DNA from: a bacterium
Lineage (GTDB): Bacteria; CLD3; SB21
Length of the DNA stretch: 64,000 nucleotides
Reading direction: 5' to 3'
Assembly: GCA_019695335.1 (NCBI GenBank)
Contig: JAIBAF010000002.1
Span: 64,474 to 128,473 of the forward strand
Positions 29,069 through 38,676 of the stretch are shown in pieces (the first letter of the stretch is position 1; each line of letters opens with the position of its first letter). Below the pieces are notes generated by a model. The model had not been told where the DNA came from. It made no database searches and was given only the letters and a program-made list of their open reading frames with translations. The translations under genes were made by a program, and so were the position numbers.

Positions 29069-31219
29069 ATGAAGTATTATTTTTTTGTAATCGTCTATTT
29101 GTTTTTATCAATTAACAGATCAATTTATTCTCAACAGGACTCAAATTTGACTGTTCAAGAACTTGAAACACAAGCAGCTTCGGGCAATCGAGAAATCAGG
29201 TTACAACTGGCTCATCACTACCTGAAAAGCGAACAATTTGACAAAATCGTTCAGCTTTATAAAACTGATTACAAAAAAAAGCAGTGCACTTCCGATGAAT
29301 ATAAGATTTACGCCATTGCGCGTTTGCAAAGTTACAGAAATCTCGTTATTACGCGTAAATTAATTGATCGCTTGATTGGCGATGATTTACGCCATGCCAA
29401 ATTAGCGTTGGCTGAAGCCTTAAAACTTGACGGCCATGACATAGAAGCAAAATTTTTTACGGGTGTATTGAATCGGATTATTGGAAAAGATGAAGAGGCA
29501 TTAAAAATCCTTTACGACGTTTTTGAGGAAGACTGCAATTATCAAACGTATGCGTTCACCGAGGTCGCATCTGAACTCAGTCTCATTTTTATAAAAAAGG
29601 GCGATTATGATGCGGTAAAAAAATTGCATGAAAAACAGCTTACTACTTATCCGAAAGACGCATGGTCTAAAATACAATTGGCCGTAGCCTATGGCGAATT
29701 AGATAGCGCCGATATTATGATGAAACTATTTTTCGAAGGACTTGATCAATTGATCGATCAGAAACAACTGTTTCAATTGTTTGAAGATTGTTCTATCATA
29801 GCAACAACAGATGAGAAAAAAAATTGGAAAGAATTGAATACAAACAATGATAAAAAAGATTTTTTAAGAAGTTTTTGGAAAAAACGCGATCCTAATCCAT
29901 TTGACGATATCAACGAAGCATTAATTCAATATTTTAAACGTGTCCATTACGCTAAAGCTATGTATCCAAAACCTCAATCCCCTGGATTTGACGATCGGGG
30001 ACTGATTTATGTGAGGTTTGGAAAACCGGATTATATTTTTTATGGGAGCAGCGATGTCAATATTCGCGAAAACGAATCATGGATTTATTATAACCTCGAA
30101 GGAGGCCTGCATTTTGATTTTGTCCTAATCGGGACTTCCTATGAATTGCGCCCTCTTGGCGATGCCTCGATCATGACTCAAGCGATCATGGGTGAAAAGA
30201 AATTATCCGATTTGTATAGAGAACGAAGTCATCTGGATCCTTATTACACAAACATTCAATTTAAATTCGAAACGGGCCGCTACAATTCGTCAACGATTGA
30301 AAGCAGTTTTGAGTACCGGCGGGATTATGAAAAAATGTTGGAGTATTCTCAAAAACAATATTTTGCGTTTAATTCGTCCACAGCGCCCCTTTTTGTTAAT
30401 ACACGATATGCAACATTTAAAGACTCCGATCAGAAATCACGGTTGGATTTTTATTATATATTGCCTTATTCACAAATGAATTTTTTAGACACGCTTGGAG
30501 CTTTTAAATGGTCAAAGAATTTTGCTGCTATAAAAATCTTTGATTATAAAAATTATCGTGACGTTGTAACACTGGAGCGGGAGAATCTGATTTTTGCAGA
30601 TAGTATGCAGCAAAAAACTTACGGTTTGGTTGACGAATTCCGGTATTCTTTAAATCCAGGAAAATATATCCTTGCCTTTCAAATCAGTAACAATGACAAA
30701 CAAAAATTCAATGTGTTCCAATATGAAGTGTTTGTCAGAGATTACTCTGCGGATACATTGACTATCAGTGACATTCAATTGGCGGCATTTATAAGCGAAA
30801 ACGATTCGACACAAATTCAGTTTATCAAACCCCATTCGGCCGTAAAAGTAATACCCAATGCAGCGGCTCATATTACGCGTTCATTGCCGTTGTCGATTTA
30901 TTTTGAGATTTACAATCTGACGCTCGATAATGACGGACGCAATTCATATGAAATATCCTATCGGTTCAAACAGCCAGAAAATTCAAGGAGCGGTTTATTC
31001 GCCAGAATTAAAAAATTATTTATTAACGAAAAAAAATCTTCTATTGCTTCAACGACGATGTTGAGCGGTAATTCTACTACAGAAAGGTCATACATTAGTT
31101 TGGATGTCAGCGAATTGAATGGAGGGCTCATCGATTTGGAAATTCGCGTCAAAGACCTGATTACCAATATAGAAACTTATTCTAACGTTGAGTTAAATTT
31201 AGTGGATAAGAAGAAATGA
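29069..31219 (+). CDS. Secreted TPR-like / GWxTD-like domain protein (716 aa), paralog of 20510..22459
   Basis: Signal peptide; FWKKRDPNPFDD...YFKRVHYAKAMY...SPGFDDRGLIYVRFGKPD; same C-terminal architecture (…LSLYYEIYNLTLDN…) as the paralog. Confidence 0.5.
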   Translation: MKYYFFVIVYLFLSINRSIYSQQDSNLTVQELETQAASGNREIRLQLAHHYLKSEQFDKIVQLYKTDYKKKQCTSDEYKIYAIARLQSYRNLVITRKLIDRLIGDDLRHAKLALAEALKLDGHDIEAKFFTGVLNRIIGKDEEALKILYDVFEEDCNYQTYAFTEVASELSLIFIKKGDYDAVKKLHEKQLTTYPKDAWSKIQLAVAYGELDSADIMMKLFFEGLDQLIDQKQLFQLFEDCSIIATTDEKKNWKELNTNNDKKDFLRSFWKKRDPNPFDDINEALIQYFKRVHYAKAMYPKPQSPGFDDRGLIYVRFGKPDYIFYGSSDVNIRENESWIYYNLEGGLHFDFVLIGTSYELRPLGDASIMTQAIMGEKKLSDLYRERSHLDPYYTNIQFKFETGRYNSSTIESSFEYRRDYEKMLEYSQKQYFAFNSSTAPLFVNTRYATFKDSDQKSRLDFYYILPYSQMNFLDTLGAFKWSKNFAAIKIFDYKNYRDVVTLERENLIFADSMQQKTYGLVDEFRYSLNPGKYILAFQISNNDKQKFNVFQYEVFVRDYSADTLTISDIQLAAFISENDSTQIQFIKPHSAVKVIPNAAAHITRSLPLSIYFEIYNLTLDNDGRNSYEISYRFKQPENSRSGLFARIKKLFINEKKSSIASTTMLSGNSTTERSYISLDVSELNGGLIDLEIRVKDLITNIETYSNVELNLVDKKK

Positions 31220-32517
31220 AAAACCATATTTCTACGTTGCAATCCGAACAAACAAAAAGTGATGAAATTCAAGAAGTGTTGCACTTCGTTCCATCCTGGA
31301 CGATCCGTTGGGGCATTACGGCTATTTTTTTTACCGTTTTGATGATTATATGTGTAGCTTGGTACATTCGCTATCCGGATATGGTTACATCACGCATTAC
31401 TTTGACCAGCGTCTCTCCCCCCGTCACACTCATCGCCCGCACCAACGGTAAACTAACCGAATTAAATGTCCATGACGGCGATTCCGTTTATACCGGATCC
31501 GTCCTCGCTGTGATTGAAAATTCTTCCAATTCTTCGGAAGTATCAGCGCTAAAAGAACAACTAATCCGATTTAAACCTTATTTGGATAATCCTCTCGATG
31601 TCCGTTTTGAATTTAACCGCTTCTATCAGTTAGGCGAACTTCAAACGCCGTATTCGGAACTTCTTCGCAAGTGGGAAGATTACAAATCTTTTCATTCTTT
31701 TAACTACCATCCCCGTAAAATCCAAACGATCAGGACACAGATCACCGTGTTGAATGAACTCAACAGCCGGTTAGAAAAACAAAAAAACTTATTGGAGGAA
31801 GAGGTCAAGCTCGCTGAGAAAAATCTTAACACCGGAAAAAGCCTTCGTGAAAAAGGAGTCGCCTCGGAAATCGAGCTATCCAATTACGAAAGCATTTATC
31901 TTCAGAAAAAATACGGTTATGAAAACGCCGAAGCTTCGCTAATCAACAATGCGCTCCAAATCTCGGAATATGAAAAAAATATATTGGATCTGACACGCCA
32001 ATTTGAAGAGGAGAAACTATCCAAAACGGTGGGCATGCAGGAAGCGTATAAATTCCTTCTTGCGTCAATCGATAATTGGGAACAGCGCTACGTATTGAAA
32101 GCGCCTATTGGCGGCAAAGTTTCATTTTTCAAAGTGTGGAGCGTCAATCAATATGTACAAGCCAATGATCTCGTTTTTACCATTGTCGGAGATCACGCAA
32201 CGCCGATAGGTAAAATTTATCTTCAGACGGCAGGATTGGGCAAAATTAAAGAAGGCCAAAAAGTTCAGATTAAGCTGGATAATTACCCCTATCATGAATT
32301 TGGGGTCTTAAACGGTACGGTCGAATCTATTGCACCGGTGGCGACGAATAATGAGTATGCAATCAATATCGCTCTTGCACCGGAGAATAGGACAACTTAT
32401 CACAAAGCCATTACTTTTTCGGAAGGTATGCAAGGCACGGCTGAAATTATCACCGATGACTTGAGATTGCTCGAAAGAATTTTTTATCAAATGCGAGCGT
32501 TGACTTCATCGAACTAA
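31216..32517 (+). CDS. HlyD-family membrane-fusion / bacteriocin secretion accessory protein; 4-nt ATGA overlap with the upstream gene
   Basis: N-terminal TM anchor, long coiled-coil region, C-terminal beta-barrel-like domain; adjacent to a LanT-type exporter. Confidence 0.75.
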   Translation: MKNHISTLQSEQTKSDEIQEVLHFVPSWTIRWGITAIFFTVLMIICVAWYIRYPDMVTSRITLTSVSPPVTLIARTNGKLTELNVHDGDSVYTGSVLAVIENSSNSSEVSALKEQLIRFKPYLDNPLDVRFEFNRFYQLGELQTPYSELLRKWEDYKSFHSFNYHPRKIQTIRTQITVLNELNSRLEKQKNLLEEEVKLAEKNLNTGKSLREKGVASEIELSNYESIYLQKKYGYENAEASLINNALQISEYEKNILDLTRQFEEEKLSKTVGMQEAYKFLLASIDNWEQRYVLKAPIGGKVSFFKVWSVNQYVQANDLVFTIVGDHATPIGKIYLQTAGLGKIKEGQKVQIKLDNYPYHEFGVLNGTVESIAPVATNNEYAINIALAPENRTTYHKAITFSEGMQGTAEIITDDLRLLERIFYQMRALTSSN

Positions 32518-32719
32518 CCTCATTTTTAAATTCCGCAATTTTAAATTCTGCAATCTACTTTGTGATTTTATGCACGAAGTATATGTTTTCTCAAAACATA
32601 CTTGCTATTCAGTTCTTACAATTGTACTTTAGGCCACGATTGTCTGTTGACAGATTTTCGTTATAATTTTGAGATTATTGACCTCACGTTTAGATCACTA
32701 AACGTGTTATTTTAAAAGG

Positions 32720-34363
32720 ATGATTTACATGGATCTGTTTTCAACCATTGTCACGGTCGGTGGCGGCGTGGTGATGTTTATTACCGGTTGGCTTTTAGCA
32801 AAATATGTCGGAAAAAATAAAGTTTCTGAAATCAGAAAAATCGCTGAAAATACCGTGCGAGACGCTCATCGTGAAGCCGAAAATATTAAAAAAGACGCGC
32901 AGGTAAAATCCAAAGAGCGCTGGCATCAATTCAAAATGAAAATCACCAGCGAGACCGAAGAACGCGAGAAAAAACTCCGTCAATATGAGAACCGGCTGGC
33001 CAATCGCGAGCGCGATGTCAAACAGCGGATGAATGTGTATTTAGAAAAAGAACAAAAGCTTTTGCAGGATCAAAAAGCTCTACAAACGCAGGAAGAAAAG
33101 ATTAAAACTAAAGAATCGCAAGCCGAAGAATTGATCCGGCAGCAAATGGAAAAATTGGAAAAAATCACAAGCCTGTCGCAGGAAGAAGCCAAGCGTCTTT
33201 TCCTCGAAAACATAGCCAAACGTGCTCAGAAAGAAGCGGCTGAACTGATGCTTCAAATCAAATCGGAAGCGCAGCAGAAAGCAAATTTTGAGGCTAAATG
33301 GATTTTATCCGATACCATTCAGCGTTTAGCATCGGATCACACTTCCGAGACGACGCTGACGACGGTCGATTTGCCCAACGAAAAAATCAAAGGTGCGATC
33401 ATCGGTCGCGAAGGCCGCAATATTAAAACGTTTGAACAAGTTACCGGCGTCAAAGTCATCATCGATGACACACCGGAAGTGGTTGTATTGTCAGGCTTCG
33501 ATCCGGTTAAACGCGAAATTGCGCGCGTGGCGATGTCGAAACTTGTTGAAAATCCCAACATTCAGCCCGAATATATCGAAGACGTCGTCGAACGCGCACG
33601 CAAGCAGATCGAGAATTTGATGAATAAAGCAGCGGACGAAGTTTTGAACAGCCTGAATCTGAAAAACGTTGCTCCGGAAATGAGGCAATTGCTCGGTCGG
33701 TTGAAATACCGTACCAGCTACGGCCAAAATGTTTTACAGCACTCTAAAGAAGTAGCGCTTCTTGCCGGTGCAATGGCCGCCGAATTAGGTTATGACGTTC
33801 AACTGGCTCGCCGTGCAGGTTTATTTCATGATATCGGAAAAGCGGTCAGCAGCGATACGGAAGGTAGCCACGTCACGATCGGGGTTGACGTCACGACGCG
33901 TTGTAAAGAACACGAAATCGTTGTCAATTCTGTTTTGGCGCATCATGATGAGGCCGAGCCGATTCACCCGATTTCTCAATTAGTGACGGCCGCGGATATC
34001 ATCAGCGGATCCCGTCCCGGTGCGCGTCGCGAACCGCTCGAAGCGTATGGCGCTCGTATCGAAAAACTGGAACAAATCGCCACGCAATTCGAGGGTGTAT
34101 CGAAAGTCTACGCCATTTATGCAGGACGAGAAATCCGGATTGTGGTTGAAGCGGACAAAATCGATGATGCACAGTCTGCTATGTTAAGTTCGAATGTAGC
34201 AAATAAAATTCAAAGCGAAATGCAGTATCCGGGACAAATCAAAGTGGTCGTTATTCGTGAGCGGCGCGTGGTTCGTTATACCAATAGCTCATCACCGACC
34301 GTTGATGAAACGCGTGTAGACGAAAATATTGCCAACGATACAGAAACGATTCCAAACGCCTGA
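32720..34363 (+). CDS. rny: Ribonuclease Y
   Basis: N-terminal TM, long coiled-coil, KH domain (GAIIGREGRNIKTFEQVTGV), HD domain (HSKEVALLAG...LFHDIGK). Confidence 0.9.
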   Translation: MIYMDLFSTIVTVGGGVVMFITGWLLAKYVGKNKVSEIRKIAENTVRDAHREAENIKKDAQVKSKERWHQFKMKITSETEEREKKLRQYENRLANRERDVKQRMNVYLEKEQKLLQDQKALQTQEEKIKTKESQAEELIRQQMEKLEKITSLSQEEAKRLFLENIAKRAQKEAAELMLQIKSEAQQKANFEAKWILSDTIQRLASDHTSETTLTTVDLPNEKIKGAIIGREGRNIKTFEQVTGVKVIIDDTPEVVVLSGFDPVKREIARVAMSKLVENPNIQPEYIEDVVERARKQIENLMNKAADEVLNSLNLKNVAPEMRQLLGRLKYRTSYGQNVLQHSKEVALLAGAMAAELGYDVQLARRAGLFHDIGKAVSSDTEGSHVTIGVDVTTRCKEHEIVVNSVLAHHDEAEPIHPISQLVTAADIISGSRPGARREPLEAYGARIEKLEQIATQFEGVSKVYAIYAGREIRIVVEADKIDDAQSAMLSSNVANKIQSEMQYPGQIKVVVIRERRVVRYTNSSSPTVDETRVDENIANDTETIPNA

Positions 34364-34508
34364 TACTGGAATTTAGAGATAAAAAGGGTTGCAAATTCCG
34401 TCTGTTTTGACTTAAATTGATGTGGTTTCTCCTACATTTCTGCATCTATAAAATTCTGCACCTAGAACGACTTTTGAACTAACAGTTAGAAACTATCGGA
34501 GACTTGTC

Positions 34509-35072
34509 ATGAAAAAGACTTTTACTGCTTATTTGACACTTGAAGACAATGCCAGTCTGCTCAAACAATTTACCTTCATCGTTTGTTTTTCATTACTTAC
34601 TGCTGCCGGTGCATGGGTGACTTTACCGTTATCACTTTCTCCAATACCTATTACTTTGCAAACATTGGTTGTATCGTTGGCCGGCGCTGTCTTAGGCGCA
34701 AAGCGCGGAGCGTTGAGTCAATTGATGTATATCGGTTATGGTATCTGCGGTTTACCCGTATTTGCAGGCGGACTGACATCGATTGCCATTGTATTAGGAC
34801 CGAGCGGCGGTTACCTGATCGGTTTTCCTGTAGCAGCATTCTTAACAGGTATGCTGGTTTCGGACAAGAAAAATATTTTATGGAATTTGGGCGCAATATT
34901 GATCGGCAGTTTGCCGGTCCTTTTGTTCGGCACTCTCCAGTTAAGCCTTTTTACCGCGGGCAATTTAAGTGAAGCTTTTGCCATAGGATTCGTTCCGTTC
35001 ATCGCCGGAGATTTTATTAAATGCGCAGTCGTGGCATTGATCCTTTCCGGCAAACAAAAATTGATTCAATAA
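34509..35072 (+). CDS. bioY: Biotin transporter BioY (ECF S-component)
   Basis: TLQTLVVSLAG..LG...GPSGGYLIGFP signature, about 5 TM helices. Confidence 0.85.
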   Translation: MKKTFTAYLTLEDNASLLKQFTFIVCFSLLTAAGAWVTLPLSLSPIPITLQTLVVSLAGAVLGAKRGALSQLMYIGYGICGLPVFAGGLTSIAIVLGPSGGYLIGFPVAAFLTGMLVSDKKNILWNLGAILIGSLPVLLFGTLQLSLFTAGNLSEAFAIGFVPFIAGDFIKCAVVALILSGKQKLIQ

Positions 35073-35110
35073 ATTTATCTTCTCGAAGTGTTATAAGAGA
35101 GGTTTTGACC

Positions 35111-36904
35111 ATGATCAATGGCGACATTTCCGAAACGATCAAATATTCCGATAGCGAGCACATCAATTCTCTGCTCAATGAAATCGGTGAAAAGCTGCGT
35201 TCCAGCGGCTTTTATAATGAAGCTCTGGAAGCTACTTTATCCGAAATATTGCAATCGGTGAAGACGTTTACCGAACAGCAGTTCTTGCTGAAAAGTAAAC
35301 TTACTCGTATCGGATCAGCGCTTTCAGCCGAAAGAAATCTGGATGCGCTTTTGGAAATGATCGTCGTCGAAGCGATGAATTTTACTAATGCGGATGGCGG
35401 AACGTTATATATCAAGACTCCTGACGAACGCCATATTGAATTTAAAATCATGCGTACGCGTTCAAAGAATTTTTTCATGGGTGGTACCAGCGGAAAGAAA
35501 ATACCTTTTCCACCTGTTAAATTATATCTGGACGACGGCAAACCCAATGAGCAGCAAGTTTCAGCTCATGTAGCATTGACGGGTAAAACAGTCAATATTC
35601 CTGACGTGTACGAAGTGGAAGGATTCAACTTCCAGGGCACCAAAGCTTTTGATGCGAATAATAACTATCGTTCGAAATCGATGATTGTGGTTGCTATGCG
35701 TAACCATGAAAACGAAATCATTGGCGTTCTGCAATTACTCAACGCGATGGACAATAACAACGTTACAATTTCGTTTTCAAGTGAATTTCAGGAACTGATC
35801 GAATCACTGGCATCACAGGCTGCGGTCGCTATTACCAATACGGCGCTGATTCATGAATTGCGAGCTTTATTGGACGCTTTTATTCAGGTTATCGCGGCTG
35901 CCATCGACGAAAAATCACCGTATACGGGCGGTCACATCCGTCGCGTTGCCGAACTGACGTCGCAAATTGCACGCAATATGAGTGATATAGACGACGGCAA
36001 GTATAAAGATTTTCATATGAATGAAGATGAGCATAATGAACTCCGGATCGCAGGCTGGATGCACGATATAGGTAAAATCACTACGCCAGAATATGTTGTC
36101 GATAAGGCCACTAAACTTGAAACGATTTATGATCGTGTCAATACGGTGATCACTAAGTTCGAATTGCTCCGCCGCCAGGAAGAAGAGGACTATCTTAAAA
36201 CCAAACAAAAACTTGAGAAGTCCAAAGCTAAAGACAGCCGGAAGAAATTATTGGATTTGAAAAAAGCTTACAATGCAAGACTGGCGCAAGTTAACGAGGA
36301 TTGTGAATTTATCAAAACCTGCAACATCGGCGGCGAATTTATGGAAGACGCAAAAATTGATCGCGTCAAGAAAATTGCCGCTCAAAAATTACGAATTGGC
36401 TCTGAGGAAATTCCTTTTCTTACCGACAATGAAGTCTACAATCTTTCCATTCGCCGTGGAACGCTTACCGAAGAAGAACGTAAAAAAATTCAAGATCACG
36501 TTGTGGTTACGATCAAAATGTTGCAGCAATTGCCATGGCCTAAAAAGCTTCGCCGTGTCACCGAATGGGCCGGCGGTCACCATGAAAAACTGGATGGCAC
36601 CGGATATCCTAATGGTTTAACGGCCAAAGATCTTTCGACACAAGCCCGCATCATGGCCGTTGCCGATATTTTTGAAGCCTTGACAGCCGCCGACCGTCCG
36701 TATAAACCGGGTAAAAAAATCTCCGAATGTATCAAAATTCTTACGTTTATGGTCAAGGACAATCATATTGATAAAGACATCGTCGACTTTTTTATCAAAT
36801 CCGGATTAGCACAGGATTATGCTCGGCGTGAACTAAAAGACTACCAACTTGACACGTTTGTATACGATGGCGTCGAGTATGATTGTCGTCGCCCTGTGCA
36901 GTAG
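35111..36904 (+). CDS. GAF plus HD-GYP domain protein (putative c-di-GMP phosphodiesterase). Start trimmed to the ATG at 35111 to avoid overlap with bioY.
   Basis: GAF-like N-terminal region; HD motif (GGHIRRVAEL...WMHDIGK); HHEKLDGTGYP HD-GYP signature. Confidence 0.8.
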   Translation: MINGDISETIKYSDSEHINSLLNEIGEKLRSSGFYNEALEATLSEILQSVKTFTEQQFLLKSKLTRIGSALSAERNLDALLEMIVVEAMNFTNADGGTLYIKTPDERHIEFKIMRTRSKNFFMGGTSGKKIPFPPVKLYLDDGKPNEQQVSAHVALTGKTVNIPDVYEVEGFNFQGTKAFDANNNYRSKSMIVVAMRNHENEIIGVLQLLNAMDNNNVTISFSSEFQELIESLASQAAVAITNTALIHELRALLDAFIQVIAAAIDEKSPYTGGHIRRVAELTSQIARNMSDIDDGKYKDFHMNEDEHNELRIAGWMHDIGKITTPEYVVDKATKLETIYDRVNTVITKFELLRRQEEEDYLKTKQKLEKSKAKDSRKKLLDLKKAYNARLAQVNEDCEFIKTCNIGGEFMEDAKIDRVKKIAAQKLRIGSEEIPFLTDNEVYNLSIRRGTLTEEERKKIQDHVVVTIKMLQQLPWPKKLRRVTEWAGGHHEKLDGTGYPNGLTAKDLSTQARIMAVADIFEALTAADRPYKPGKKISECIKILTFMVKDNHIDKDIVDFFIKSGLAQDYARRELKDYQLDTFVYDGVEYDCRRPVQ

Positions 36905-36955
36905 GTTATGTTACAAAGCCCTACTAACCTTCCATACTTCTAAATTCCCGGAAAC

Positions 36956-37762
36956 TTGAAACGCAGATTGTATAAAACGCTCACCATCGCCGGATCAGAT
37001 TCAGGCGGTGGTGCAGGCATTCAGGCCGATTTGAAAACTTTCTCAGCTCTGGGTACATTCGGCATGTCGGTAATTACCAGTATCACGGCTCAAAATACCG
37101 TCGGTGTGACTGGAATTCAAAATGTAGATCCGTCAATCATTGAAAAACAAATTGATGCCGTAATGGACGATATCGGAACGCATGCTGCCAAAACGGGGAT
37201 GCTTTCAGATACAGGCATCATCGAAACAGTAGCCCGTGGATTGATCCGACATGGAATTAAAAAATATGTTCTTGACCCGGTGATGATCGCCAAAAGTGGA
37301 GATAAACTCCTTCAGGATTCAGCGATTACGACCTTGATCAATCAACTGATTCCGCTGGCATGGATTATCACACCCAATATCCCGGAAGCGGAGGAATTGA
37401 CCGGCGATCAAATTTCGACGCTGGACGCGATGGAAATTGCCTGCAAAAAAATTTATTCGATGGGGGCGCGCTCCGTGATCGTCAAAGGAGGCCATCTAAA
37501 AGGCCGTGCCGTGGATGTTTTTTTTGACGGCAAAAAATTTCATCATTTTTCAAGTCACCGCATCCGTTCAAAGAATACGCATGGGACAGGCTGTACTTTT
37601 AGTGCGGCCATCACGGCTTTTCTTGCGAAAGGCTTTTCCGCTTATGAATCCGTGAAGCGGGCGAAAGATTATATTACGAAGGCGATTGAACACTCATTTC
37701 CGATCGGGAAAGGACACGGTCCGGTCGATCATTTTTATCGTTTTAATAAATTTTTTATTTGA
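36956..37762 (+). CDS. thiD: Hydroxymethylpyrimidine/phosphomethylpyrimidine kinase (TTG start)
   Basis: LTIAGSDSGGGAGIQADLKT and the C-terminal GTGCTFSAAI anion-hole motif. Confidence 0.85.
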   Translation: MKRRLYKTLTIAGSDSGGGAGIQADLKTFSALGTFGMSVITSITAQNTVGVTGIQNVDPSIIEKQIDAVMDDIGTHAAKTGMLSDTGIIETVARGLIRHGIKKYVLDPVMIAKSGDKLLQDSAITTLINQLIPLAWIITPNIPEAEELTGDQISTLDAMEIACKKIYSMGARSVIVKGGHLKGRAVDVFFDGKKFHHFSSHRIRSKNTHGTGCTFSAAITAFLAKGFSAYESVKRAKDYITKAIEHSFPIGKGHGPVDHFYRFNKFFI

Positions 37763-38667
37763 TGGTTCAAAAAGAAAAAAAAAATTGGACAGTGATGGAT
37801 TTGCTTGAATGGACAACCGGCTATTTATCGCAAAAAGATTTCTTAAATCCCCGTTTGAACGTGGAATGGCTTCTTGGCGATACTTTAGGATATAAACGGG
37901 TTGAGTTGTATATGAATGCCGACCGTCCTTTAAGCACAAACGAGTTGTCGATCTTTAAAGAAAAACTCAACCGCCGCTTACAACATGAGCCGTTGCAATA
38001 CATTGTCGGTGCGACTGAATTTATGGGACTGGTTTTCAATGTTACACCGGGCGTTTTAATTCCACGGCCCGATACCGAAATTCTTATTGAAAAAACACTG
38101 GAGATTTGTAAAAGTTATTCAGAATCGCTTCGCATTCTCGATATAGGAACCGGAAGCGGCGCGATTGCTGTTTCCTTAGCGCATTTTTTAAAACGAAAGC
38201 GGAATGATTTTTTAATTACGGCCATTGATCAGAGTGAAGAGGCTTTAGCTGTAGCGAAAATGAACGCCGAAAAAAACGGGACTCTTTCCATAATCGATTT
38301 TCGTTCATGCGATATTTTTGATACTATGGACAGATATCATCACTCATTCGATGTCATTGTATCAAATCCGCCCTATATTTCAGCAAAAGAATTTGAGATG
38401 TTGCCGGAAGAAATCCGAAACTTTGAACCGGAAAAAGCGTTACGGGGCGGAGACGACGGGTTAGATTTTTACAGGAGAATTGCCGCTGTTGCAACAGAGC
38501 TTTTTAAGTCATCCGACCAACCACATTTTCTAGTTCTGGAAATTGGTTACGATCAGGCCGAAGCTGTTCAAAAAATTTTAATTGAAAATCATTTTCACGA
38601 AGTCGACATTATTAATGATTTCGAGGATCACCCGCGCGTCGCTATAGCAACGATGTTAACATTGTAG
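37759..38667 (+). CDS. prmC: Release-factor glutamine N5-methyltransferase
   Basis: SAM-binding DIGTGSGAIA and the substrate motif VSNPPYIS. Confidence 0.85.
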   Translation: MMVQKEKKNWTVMDLLEWTTGYLSQKDFLNPRLNVEWLLGDTLGYKRVELYMNADRPLSTNELSIFKEKLNRRLQHEPLQYIVGATEFMGLVFNVTPGVLIPRPDTEILIEKTLEICKSYSESLRILDIGTGSGAIAVSLAHFLKRKRNDFLITAIDQSEEALAVAKMNAEKNGTLSIIDFRSCDIFDTMDRYHHSFDVIVSNPPYISAKEFEMLPEEIRNFEPEKALRGGDDGLDFYRRIAAVATELFKSSDQPHFLVLEIGYDQAEAVQKILIENHFHEVDIINDFEDHPRVAIATMLTL

Positions 38668-38676
38668 AAGGGTATT

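Noticed and set aside
32660-32700. TTGACA ... TATAAT pair upstream of rny as a sigma-70 promoter
   Set aside because: The spacer between the hexamers is only about 9 nt, not 16-18, so it is not a convincing promoter in that register.
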